Sequence record: PZ445448.1
Length of the DNA: 64,000 bases
Reading direction: 5' to 3' (one strand)
DNA from: a phage
A program made the translations under genes and the position numbers. Shown here in pieces: positions 18,312 through 25,839 of this stretch (position 1 is its first letter; each line of letters opens with the position of its first letter). The notes beneath the pieces were generated by a model. The model saw only the letters and a list, made by a program, of their open reading frames with translations. It searched no databases and was not told the origin of the DNA.

Positions 18312-18572
18312 ATGCGTAAATTAAAAAATTTTGATAAAGTTGATGTTATCCTGAATAATTTTTACTACTGCAACAACAAGGCTATTTGGTGGCGTGATAG
18401 TTCCACCGATAAAGTCAAAGCGCGCTTTCTTCAGGGGCACTGGCAAGGCCGCCCAGTGATTAAAATCATGGGGCAATTGGTAGCGTTTAAAAATTGCCGC
18501 CGTGTTGATGACGTTGAGGAGATTTTAAACATTTTGCGCCACAATAATTTAAAAAATAGTGTTGACAAGTAA
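18312..18572 (+). CDS. hypothetical protein
   Basis: 86 aa; SD aaaggagtaaacgcc. Confidence 0.5.
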   Translation: MRKLKNFDKVDVILNNFYYCNNKAIWWRDSSTDKVKARFLQGHWQGRPVIKIMGQLVAFKNCRRVDDVEEILNILRHNNLKNSVDK

Positions 18573-18589
18573 ATCTCAATAAGTATAAT
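18562..18589 (+). promoter_or_regulatory. sigma70 promoter with leader hairpin
   Basis: TTGACA-16 bp-TATAAT; hairpin ggcgggaaaacttcccgcc. Confidence 0.65.
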
Positions 18590-18646
18590 TAAACACACAG
18601 GCGGGAAAACTTCCCGCCACTAACAAAGAAAACAGGAGAAAATATC

Positions 18647-19270
18647 ATGACCACCGTTAACATTACCACAGGTTACAATTTAGCTTTCGACGTGCTGACC
18701 GACGAACAAAAAGAAAAAGCCGTTGAAATGGTCCGCGAAAGAGAAGAACACAGCGGGGATAACTTTTTTGCAGAAAGTGTAATTGAAGACTATAAAGAAT
18801 ATATCTTTCCAGAGTATGGCCTTGAAGATACCGAAGTACATTGGTCCGGCTTTTGGTGCCAGGGCGACGGCGCATCAATCAGTGCGGAAAACGTGGATTT
18901 AGAAAAATTCTTGCGTAAAGTCAAGTCTCTGACTAAATTCCGCTCAATTCGTCACTTGTTCGGCACAATGCACGATGGCGAGCTATCCGCAAGTGTTGAG
19001 CGCGATCCATATAGCCGTTATAGTCACGAAAACACTGTAAGCGGGTACATCGATACTACATGGCTAGACCTGACCGCCAAACAAGAAAACAAAGTGGAAG
19101 ACCTGGAAGAACTGATCACCGAGACGGTACGGGAGCTATCCCGCAAGGTTTACGTAGACCTGGAGGAGGCCTATCTAGAACAGTTCACCGCAGAAAACCT
19201 GATCGGCCTTATCGAGGCCAATGATTGGCGGTTTGATGTCGATGAATATGGTGAGATGACTTTTTCATAA
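18647..19270 (+). CDS. hypothetical protein
   Basis: 207 aa acidic; SD aacaggagaaaatatc. Confidence 0.55.
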   Translation: MTTVNITTGYNLAFDVLTDEQKEKAVEMVREREEHSGDNFFAESVIEDYKEYIFPEYGLEDTEVHWSGFWCQGDGASISAENVDLEKFLRKVKSLTKFRSIRHLFGTMHDGELSASVERDPYSRYSHENTVSGYIDTTWLDLTAKQENKVEDLEELITETVRELSRKVYVDLEEAYLEQFTAENLIGLIEANDWRFDVDEYGEMTFS

Positions 19271-19278
19271 ATAAAGTG

Positions 19279-19306
19279 TTGCAATAACCTAAAAACCTGC
19301 TATATT
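19279..19306 (+). promoter_or_regulatory. sigma70 promoter with leader hairpin
   Basis: TTGCAA-16 bp-TATATT; hairpin gggggcaagacgtttgccccc. Confidence 0.6.
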
Positions 19307-19360
19307 AAAACTCAAGGGGGCAAGACGTTTGCCCCCACACAAAACAAAGAGGAAAACATC

Positions 19361-19741
19361 ATGAAAAACACTACTAAAGCTATTGACACTGTTATGTTTA
19401 ACCTGGTTACATTCCGTGAAGATATGAAAGATCTTCCACGTGAAACAGTGTGCGATCACATTGAAAACTATCGCAAACTAATCAAAGAGTTGCCTTTAAA
19501 ACGTGACCAGTATGCGGCTAACGCTATGCTTAACGCCATGATCAAAAAGATGATTCAGTGTGATTTAACTCTGGCCTATGATTATGCAGGTGGTCGTTTT
19601 GCAGTATACAATCAGCCCGTGCCTGGTATGAGCACCACCGAAGAATTGCACGCGTTAAATCTGAAACAAGATGTATGGGATAACATGCCCCGCGTGGTGG
19701 TGTGGGCAGAAAGCGGAAAGATTTACGGCGATAATTTTTAA
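19361..19741 (+). CDS. hypothetical protein
   Basis: 126 aa; SD agaggaaaacatc. Confidence 0.55.
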   Translation: MKNTTKAIDTVMFNLVTFREDMKDLPRETVCDHIENYRKLIKELPLKRDQYAANAMLNAMIKKMIQCDLTLAYDYAGGRFAVYNQPVPGMSTTEELHALNLKQDVWDNMPRVVVWAESGKIYGDNF

Positions 19742-19749
19742 TCAGGTAA

Positions 19750-19777
19750 CAGGCGGCATATTTGCCGCCTTATTGTT
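19750..19777 (+). terminator. rho-independent terminator
   Basis: ggcggca tatt tgccgcc then TTATTGTT. Confidence 0.55.
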
Positions 19778-19805
19778 AAACAGAACTGCAAAAGAGGTAC
19801 ATAGA

Positions 19806-20177
19806 ATGGAATTTATTATTTTGGCTGTAGTAGTTGCCTTGTTCAACGCCTGGATCGCTGGCAAGATAGGTAGATCCGCTTTTCTATGGTTTGTTATATC
19901 TATTTTCCTGGGAGTGGTTGCAACTATTGTATTGGTTATCCTTGCAATTGTTGACAAGGGCGATAATAGAAAGGGTAAAGTGTTTTCCGACCTGTATGAC
20001 GCACAAACGTTTGTCAACGCCTATTATAGTGATCTTCCAGTCTCCCTACGCTGCAGCCTGGCACAACAGGTTTTTGATGAGGCTAAAACCAGAGACCAAG
20101 CCCATGAGATATGTTTAACTGAAGCGGATCGCCTATTTGAGAGGAATAGAAAATATGTGGACCAGCCGTTTAAATAA
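19806..20177 (+). CDS. membrane protein
   Basis: Start at ATG 19806 (SD agaggtacatag); two hydrophobic segments. Confidence 0.5.
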   Translation: MEFIILAVVVALFNAWIAGKIGRSAFLWFVISIFLGVVATIVLVILAIVDKGDNRKGKVFSDLYDAQTFVNAYYSDLPVSLRCSLAQQVFDEAKTRDQAHEICLTEADRLFERNRKYVDQPFK

Positions 20178-20396
20178 CGCCACGTTAATTAATCCCTTTA
20201 GTGAAGATTTGAAGCCAGCCGCCTGGCGTGACGGATTCAATAACGAACGCTTTATTTTCAGGCCTGATCTTGAGGAATTTTATAACAATGGATCGAACAA
20301 CAGCGGAGATAATTTTTCTTGTGGTGTGCGTGGTGATAGGACTCCTGGGGGCCATTGTAAACCACGTCACTACTAACAGGAGGGAAGGGGGAGACG

Positions 20397-20516
20397 ATGA
20401 CAACCAAGGATAAGCCATGCGCTGATAAGGTGCGCCGTGTTATGGTATGGCTTGAGATTATCGCCCTTGAAATATTGTTAGGCGTAGGGATGTACTTTAT
20501 CGCTGTAAGTAACTAA
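20397..20516 (+). CDS. small hydrophobic peptide (39 aa)
   Basis: Strong SD aggagggaaggggga; TM-like VMVWLEIIALEILLGVGMYFIAV. Confidence 0.35.
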   Translation: MTTKDKPCADKVRRVMVWLEIIALEILLGVGMYFIAVSN

Positions 20517-20518
20517 GA

Positions 20519-20550
20519 GCGGCCCCCGATCATGGGGGCCTATCTTTTAA
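20519..20550 (+). terminator. rho-independent terminator
   Basis: ggcccccgatcatgggggcc then TATCTTTT. Confidence 0.6.
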
Positions 20551-20570
20551 AAAATTTTTCTTCCGGGGTG

Positions 20571-20598
20571 TTGCAATCCGGTCCGGAATGTGGATAAT
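20571..20598 (+). promoter_or_regulatory. sigma70 promoter with leader hairpin
   Basis: TTGCAA-16 bp-GATAAT; hairpin ggggagctaatcccc. Confidence 0.6.
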
Positions 20599-20654
20599 AA
20601 CAATCAACGGGGAGCTAATCCCCACCACCACAAAAACCAGAAAGGAGAAACAAA

Positions 20655-20855
20655 ATGAGCAACAATATCCGCGTTATTAACTTCAAAAAAGAAGAAAAAA
20701 TTGCCGTGCTGATTGACGGTCAAGAAATCTTCAAGGGCGACTATGAAGATCATCAAACGGCGATTAGTATCACTCGCGTGATTGGTTATCATAATTTCTA
20801 CCCCCAAGGCGCTGAGGCAGCAGTTAAACGAATCAAAGAGATTGTAGGCCTGTAA
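20655..20855 (+). CDS. hypothetical protein
   Basis: 66 aa; SD aaaggagaaacaaa. Confidence 0.55.
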   Translation: MSNNIRVINFKKEEKIAVLIDGQEIFKGDYEDHQTAISITRVIGYHNFYPQGAEAAVKRIKEIVGL

Positions 20856-20856
20856 A

Positions 20857-20905
20857 ATTTATTTTTAGATGGCCTTGACTTCAGGGCCATCGATAAAGTA
20901 AATTT
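20857..20905 (+). repeat. conserved ~45-bp hairpin element, copy 3
   Basis: Same stem GATGGCCTTG/CAGGGCCATC, loop ACTT. Confidence 0.6.
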
Positions 20906-20948
20906 AAACCCTGTTAAAATACCACGCAGTTAACAAGGAGTGATAGAC

Positions 20949-21248
20949 ATGTTTATCCAGGCTAATAATCTTTATTTCTTTGATGGTCAGATCGTAGATG
21001 GTGTGGAAGTGGAGATCACCGGGTGCCCTGGCGGTCAGGCTATGACTTTTCGGAATAATGCCTTTGATGATTCTCATATCGTTATGAGAATGGAAGTTAC
21101 GAAGCTGGACGACAAGAAAACACTTATTGACTATTCTGTGAAAGATCATCCAGACTACCGCATGATCCATGGTGATTTGTGCATTGTTGACCGTGACAAG
21201 GTGGGCGGCATTGTGATCGCTATTGTGAACGATGTTTTCTCAAACTAA
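20949..21248 (+). CDS. hypothetical protein
   Basis: ATG 20949 with SD aaggag 8 nt upstream. Confidence 0.5.
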   Translation: MFIQANNLYFFDGQIVDGVEVEITGCPGGQAMTFRNNAFDDSHIVMRMEVTKLDDKKTLIDYSVKDHPDYRMIHGDLCIVDRDKVGGIVIAIVNDVFSN

Positions 21249-21265
21249 TTTCAGCAGGCGATTTT

Positions 21266-21616
21266 ATGAAAGTCAAACTATATTACCTTAATGAGCTTAA
21301 CCCCCTTGCCCAGGTCCGCGCCCTAGCTAATACCTTGATTTGTGAGAAATCTGTATATTGTGTTGAGCTTAACGCCATGCGTGAACGTCTCAAAGGTGGT
21401 TACTTTGACATCCATGCTGCAATCAACGGCCTGAATATGGAATTTATACGCTTACGTAACAGCCGCCGGAATCTGGCAAGAATGGAACAAGATCCGGCCC
21501 ACCTTCGTAAGCTGGTTATTGAAAATCATCTGATGTTTAATGCCGAGGGTGATTATTACCATTTTCACCGCAAACGCTGGTACCGTGGCGGCAATACAGG
21601 CAAGAATGCAAAATAA
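21266..21616 (+). CDS. hypothetical protein
   Basis: 116 aa basic ORF. Confidence 0.5.
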   Translation: MKVKLYYLNELNPLAQVRALANTLICEKSVYCVELNAMRERLKGGYFDIHAAINGLNMEFIRLRNSRRNLARMEQDPAHLRKLVIENHLMFNAEGDYYHFHRKRWYRGGNTGKNAK

Positions 21617-21650
21617 GGCCCCTAGCAGGGCCTGCAGCAATATAATCACA

Positions 21651-21684
21651 TAAAGGCCATGCGGTTGCATGGCCTTTATTATTT
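21651..21684 (+). terminator. rho-independent terminator
   Basis: aaaggccatgc ggtt gcatggccttt then ATTATTTT. Confidence 0.7.
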
Positions 21685-21733
21685 TGGCGTTACAACGGCA
21701 TACGGGGCGCTTAAAAAATTTTTAAAGAAGTAC

Positions 21734-21761
21734 TTGCATCATTCCCGACAATATGGATAAT
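21734..21761 (+). promoter_or_regulatory. sigma70 promoter with leader hairpin
   Basis: TTGCAT-16 bp-GATAAT; hairpin gggggaggccccc. Confidence 0.6.
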
Positions 21762-21818
21762 AAGAGTTGTCGAGGGGGAGGCCCCCAATCGTTGACCAGA
21801 TAGATAGGAGTTAAAATC

Positions 21819-22103
21819 ATGGCTATTGTTACCGCTGGCGATGTAGTAGAAATGGAAGCAAAATACTTAAAAGCGGGTATGCACATCCTACGGAATGATC
21901 AAGAGTTATTATTAACGATGGTTGACTATAATCACGGCCAGGATTATCCAAGCATCGACTACTTTTTTGAGTATGTTGATGAAGAGTTGAAAGAGGATGA
22001 GGCCTATTGCGGTGAGTTCTGCAACTTCTTTTGTCCTGATGAGGTTGTAAAGGTTATTTATCAACCTGGCGTAGCTTTCCCGCTGCACGCTATCAATAAA
22101 TAA
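21819..22103 (+). CDS. hypothetical protein
   Basis: 94 aa acidic; SD ataggagttaaaatc. Confidence 0.55.
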   Translation: MAIVTAGDVVEMEAKYLKAGMHILRNDQELLLTMVDYNHGQDYPSIDYFFEYVDEELKEDEAYCGEFCNFFCPDEVVKVIYQPGVAFPLHAINK

Positions 22104-22158
22104 ACCTGGCGGGGCCGAAAAGGCCCCCAATTATGAAAATAAAGAGAGGCAAATCATC

Positions 22159-22392
22159 ATGATGGAACAAATTAAACGCGCCGAGGCTATTAATGGCAAC
22201 GTGATCTATTTTGTCAGCAAAAACGAAAAAGGCGTACCATATGCGGCAGTAATAGTACAACCTGACGGCGATTATTGGTTTACTGTGTACGGCGCTTATT
22301 CTTTTGGGCGTCCAGTGCATGATAAAATTTTGAAAGTAGCGAACCCTACCGGGAAGAATATCACAGCAGAAAAATTTTTTGAAAATAGTTGA
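22159..22392 (+). CDS. hypothetical protein
   Basis: 77 aa; SD aagagaggc. Confidence 0.5.
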   Translation: MMEQIKRAEAINGNVIYFVSKNEKGVPYAAVIVQPDGDYWFTVYGAYSFGRPVHDKILKVANPTGKNITAEKFFENS

Positions 22393-22416
22393 CATGACCA
22401 TATAAGACTGTAATAT
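22389..22416 (+). promoter_or_regulatory. sigma70 promoter with leader hairpin
   Basis: TTGACA-16 bp-TAATAT; hairpin gggggcaactaacccc. Confidence 0.6.
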
Positions 22417-22467
22417 ATAAATCAAAGGGGGCAACTAACCCCACCAACTACAAAGAGGATAAAAATC

Positions 22468-22647
22468 ATGGCTATTATTGCAAAGACTGAGATCGTAGGC
22501 TTAGATTCTATTCTCCTCGCATATGAGGAAGCTATAGAAATGTATGTGGTTTCCTATGGTGAGTATATCCGTGAATATAAATCTATTGATCTGGCTTTTG
22601 AATGTTATATCCGCCAGGTTAATAAAGCGTACGATGATTATCGTTAA
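22468..22647 (+). CDS. hypothetical protein (59 aa)
   Basis: SD agaggataaaaatc; below ORF-track cutoff. Confidence 0.4.
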   Translation: MAIIAKTEIVGLDSILLAYEEAIEMYVVSYGEYIREYKSIDLAFECYIRQVNKAYDDYR

Positions 22648-22653
22648 AATAGT

Positions 22654-22682
22654 TTGACAACAGCCATCTTACAAAGCATAAT
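22654..22682 (+). promoter_or_regulatory. sigma70 promoter with leader hairpin
   Basis: TTGACA-17 bp-CATAAT; hairpin ggcggtggaatggtccgcc. Confidence 0.6.
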
Positions 22683-22734
22683 ACATAAGGCGGTGGAATG
22701 GTCCGCCACCTGGAACAAAGAAGAGGTAAACACC

Positions 22735-22980
22735 ATGAAAAGCAATAAAGGTTATAACGGTTACAAAAACAAAACTCATTGGAATGTAAGCCTTTGGATT
22801 AATAACGATGAGTCATTGTACCGGTTGGCCCAAGGCTTTATTAACGCCAATGCTAATCGTAATGATGCGGCGCGGGATATGATGCTTTTTCTGGAGCTAA
22901 CCGGACAAGATAAGACCCCGGACGGCTTCAAGTACAGCACTACGGCGATCCGTGCCGCGATGGTTGGAATGAAACACTAA
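22735..22980 (+). CDS. hypothetical protein
   Basis: Start at ATG 22735 after agaggtaaacacc leader. Confidence 0.5.
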   Translation: MKSNKGYNGYKNKTHWNVSLWINNDESLYRLAQGFINANANRNDAARDMMLFLELTGQDKTPDGFKYSTTAIRAAMVGMKH

Positions 22981-23057
22981 AAGCACATAGCTGCCTTACC
23001 CTGGGGCTGTGGTAGCGGCCCCATGAATAAGGTTACTAACAGAAGAGAATAAACACC

Positions 23058-23162
23058 ATGAAACAGAAATTAATCGATGCAGTGATCTTGGTTATTGCCC
23101 TGGGTATTGGCCTGATTGCAACCATGTCTAATATGATCTTGTCTTCCAACGGTATCGGGTGA
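23058..23162 (+). CDS. small hydrophobic peptide (34 aa)
   Basis: SD agaagagaataaacacc; TM-like AVILVIALGIGLIATM. Confidence 0.35.
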   Translation: MKQKLIDAVILVIALGIGLIATMSNMILSSNGIG

Positions 23163-23171
23163 GGTTGGCAA

Positions 23172-23387
23172 ATGATCACTAACAAAACAGGCAAAACGGA
23201 ATTTTTACGCAACTTACAGATCGGCAAGCCTGAGATCTGGTACTGCACTAAAACACCACGTGACGAAATGAAAGACTTCACCGCCACGCTGCAACGGGTA
23301 AAGATATCTATCACGCAGAAAAAGGCCTTACTAGTGGTGGAAGGGGAGATCCCCCAAACCGTTGTTATAGTTGAGCGTACAGCATAG
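23172..23387 (+). CDS. hypothetical protein
   Basis: 71-aa ORF. Confidence 0.45.
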   Translation: MITNKTGKTEFLRNLQIGKPEIWYCTKTPRDEMKDFTATLQRVKISITQKKALLVVEGEIPQTVVIVERTA

Positions 23388-23478
23388 TTTAATTTATACA
23401 GATACCTGAAAATTAACCAACAAAGCATAAACAGGCGGTTACCGCCGCCTTAAACGTAGCAGAAAGAGGATAGACACA

Positions 23479-23763
23479 ATGAAAAAGATGATCGCAGTGG
23501 TTACCCTGGTTGTTGGACTTAATGCGCCTGTAATGGCTAAAGAGCTGGCAAAAGAGGTTAATCTAACGGATATTCATGCCGTCAATCAAATCGGGGTTAC
23601 TTATCGCTTATGCCTTGCCGCTAAAACTTTTAAGGACGGCACAACAGAGTACTACGGATTCGAGGGTATCCGGTGCGGTGAGCTTGCTCGCGACCTTAAG
23701 GAAGATCCAGACCTGGAGGATCTGCCCATAACCGTGAACGGAAAAACTTACGTGAACCGTTAA
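23479..23763 (+). CDS. secreted/periplasmic protein
   Basis: Signal-peptide-like MKKMIAVVTLVVGLNAPVMA; SD agaggatagacaca. Confidence 0.55.
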   Translation: MKKMIAVVTLVVGLNAPVMAKELAKEVNLTDIHAVNQIGVTYRLCLAAKTFKDGTTEYYGFEGIRCGELARDLKEDPDLEDLPITVNGKTYVNR

Positions 23764-23765
23764 CC

Positions 23766-23900
23766 ATGAGAAAGATAATTATTACCATGGGGATCGTGGC
23801 GGCAATGTTGGCGATCTTTCCCTTTATGGTTAGGTATGTGCTGATTAATGTTGTCCTGGTAGTCAGCGATCTGGTGTTATATATTAACTCATTGTTTTAG
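23766..23900 (+). CDS. small hydrophobic peptide (44 aa)
   Basis: ATG overlaps upstream stop; TM-like ITMGIVAAMLAIFPFMVRYVLINVVLVV. Confidence 0.3.
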   Translation: MRKIIITMGIVAAMLAIFPFMVRYVLINVVLVVSDLVLYINSLF

Positions 23901-23908
23901 GCGCGATA

Positions 23909-24100
23909 ATGACAGCGGAAGAAGTTAAAAAAGTACTGGCGGTACTGCGTTATCATAATCATTGCAAGGTGAAGAATGATCCTGATTATCTTGATTCATC
24001 CCTTGAAGAGGATACACTACAAGCCATAAGCAACATGCAAGAATTGCTTAAGCGTATGACAGAGAAAAACCGACCGGACTACATAGGGGGTAAAATATGA
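23909..24100 (+). CDS. hypothetical protein
   Basis: 63-aa ORF. Confidence 0.45.
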   Translation: MTAEEVKKVLAVLRYHNHCKVKNDPDYLDSSLEEDTLQAISNMQELLKRMTEKNRPDYIGGKI

Positions 24101-24408
24101 TCGCTATTACGCCAACCGTTTTAGATTGGTATCGGCAACGCATAGCGCCTCCGCTGGCTATCTTCAAAGATGCGGAAGCAAAACAACGCCGGATCTCAAT
24201 ACATGAGATCATCAACCTTAACGCTGGAGGCACACCATACCGCCCAGGACCTGGCCGTGAGATGGACAATACATTGGCGATCCTGAAGATACGCCGTAAA
24301 CGGTCCTCCCTTACGCTGGATTCATTACACACAATGCAGTCCCCGTTCCAGGTGACTGGGAAACGGATCGCCAGGTCCTGGACAAAGGCCAATGACCGGA
24401 CCGTATAA
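24097..24408 (+). CDS. hypothetical basic protein
   Basis: 103 aa, R/K-rich, ATGA overlap with upstream gene. Confidence 0.45.
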   Translation: MIAITPTVLDWYRQRIAPPLAIFKDAEAKQRRISIHEIINLNAGGTPYRPGPGREMDNTLAILKIRRKRSSLTLDSLHTMQSPFQVTGKRIARSWTKANDRTV

Positions 24409-24493
24409 ATAAAAAGTGTTTTGGTACTGATTTTGGGGTTGACTTGTTCGGCCCCTTTTGCTATTCTTATTAAACGGGCGGCACTTGGGAACA

Positions 24494-24518
24494 GGGGGAG
24501 ACAATCACCAGGCCTGCC
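24494..24518 (+). repeat. inverted-repeat copy B
   Basis: gggggagacaatcaccaggcctgcc = reverse complement of 14870-14894 with one mismatch. Confidence 0.6.
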
Positions 24519-24543
24519 TGTCATATAAGAACTATAAAAACCG

Positions 24544-24572
24544 TTGACATCTGCCAGGGGGTGGGGTAACAT
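24544..24572 (+). promoter_or_regulatory. sigma70 promoter with leader hairpin
   Basis: TTGACA-17 bp-TAACAT; hairpin ggggcaaaggtgccc. Confidence 0.55.
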
Positions 24573-24626
24573 TTATCTTGAAGGGGCAAAGGTGCCCACA
24601 CAACAACCAGAAGAGAGGAAAACACT

Positions 24627-24899
24627 ATGTCAAGCTGGATTAATCAAGAAGTCGAATCACGTTTTAATGCTATTTGGGATCTCATCGAAAAAGAAGACGG
24701 CACATCAAGCCCCTACCTCAACAATTTGGAATTCCATTTTGTGGAAGCGATGAACGCAGAACATGATCACGAAGGTGGTGCGGACGAGTTCGCTAAAGGG
24801 TATGGCTTCAACAATGCCAACGAAATGATCGAGGCGGTTGTACTCCAGGCTGAGGAAGATTATCAATTAAAAACGCTTGAATTCTGCCGCCGTAAGTAA
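24627..24899 (+). CDS. hypothetical protein
   Basis: 90 aa acidic; SD agagaggaaaacact. Confidence 0.55.
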   Translation: MSSWINQEVESRFNAIWDLIEKEDGTSSPYLNNLEFHFVEAMNAEHDHEGGADEFAKGYGFNNANEMIEAVVLQAEEDYQLKTLEFCRRK

Positions 24900-24959
24900 T
24901 AAGATAATGACACGGGCCGGGAGGCCCACTAATCAGAACCACACAAAGAGGTAAACATC

Positions 24960-25223
24960 ATGAAACGTCTTGATCAGCTTAAACTAGTTCAGTACATGGC
25001 CTACAAAGTTCTTGAAGTCCAAAAAGGTAGCAAAAAAGAGGTTTGCGAGAAAGCATATAAGATCTTTACCCGTAAAAAAGATGATTGGATGTTACGCCAG
25101 ACCAAAAAAGCCGATATCCTGGGATACCTGGAAGAAGAGATCCGACTTGAAGAACAAGAAGAGATCCGCCGTAGTGAGGCAGATTATCAGGCAGCTTGGG
25201 AAAACTGGATGAGCAACAAATAA
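24960..25223 (+). CDS. hypothetical protein
   Basis: 87 aa; SD agaggtaaacatc. Confidence 0.5.
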   Translation: MKRLDQLKLVQYMAYKVLEVQKGSKKEVCEKAYKIFTRKKDDWMLRQTKKADILGYLEEEIRLEEQEEIRRSEADYQAAWENWMSNK

Positions 25224-25289
25224 TACAACAAGTTACATGGTCAGGGGCAATAAAGCCCCTTGATCACATAAAAATTATGCTATCCCTGG

Positions 25290-25318
25290 TTGACAGGGAT
25301 CGGCAGTTTTGCTATATT
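25290..25318 (+). promoter_or_regulatory. sigma70 promoter
   Basis: TTGACA-17 bp-TATATT. Confidence 0.6.
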
Positions 25319-25367
25319 CTTTTTTGAAGGGAAGTTGTAAGAAAATTAACTAAGAGGTAAAAACACC

Positions 25368-25787
25368 ATGAACATTAAATCTAATAATCCGGCATATAGC
25401 TTTGATAACGCTTTTTGTCACGGTCCGGCGGCGAAAGGATTCGAAATCGATGGTAAACTAATTATTGTCAATGTTGACGGGGAAGAGGTTGCAGTATATC
25501 CGGTGGCAGACGTAAAAAGCCGTTTACAATGCCGCATGGATGTTACCGCCTATCAGCTTGATCCGGTCCGCATAGTTGCCCTGGTCCTGGAAGAAGAAAT
25601 TAAAGCCATGCACCATAGCAACAGATTTATTGGTGACGCGCAGGATAATATGAAAGTATGCCGCCATAAAGTTAATGAAGTGCTTAAAGAGTACGGCTAT
25701 AAAGATCTTATGATCAAACGTGAGGAAAAATTCCGCTACCGTAACGACCTGGCAAATCGGATTTTTGAAATATACGAATCATTATAA
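25368..25787 (+). CDS. hypothetical protein
   Basis: 139 aa; SD agaggtaaaaacacc. Confidence 0.55.
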   Translation: MNIKSNNPAYSFDNAFCHGPAAKGFEIDGKLIIVNVDGEEVAVYPVADVKSRLQCRMDVTAYQLDPVRIVALVLEEEIKAMHHSNRFIGDAQDNMKVCRHKVNEVLKEYGYKDLMIKREEKFRYRNDLANRIFEIYESL

Positions 25788-25810
25788 TTTTTTAACTGAA
25801 TTATCAAGGG

Positions 25811-25836
25811 GCTTAGGCCCCTTTCTTTTTGTCTGC
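25811..25836 (+). terminator. rho-independent terminator ending plus-strand block
   Basis: aggggc tta gcccct then TTCTTTTT. Confidence 0.65.
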
Positions 25837-25839
25837 TCT

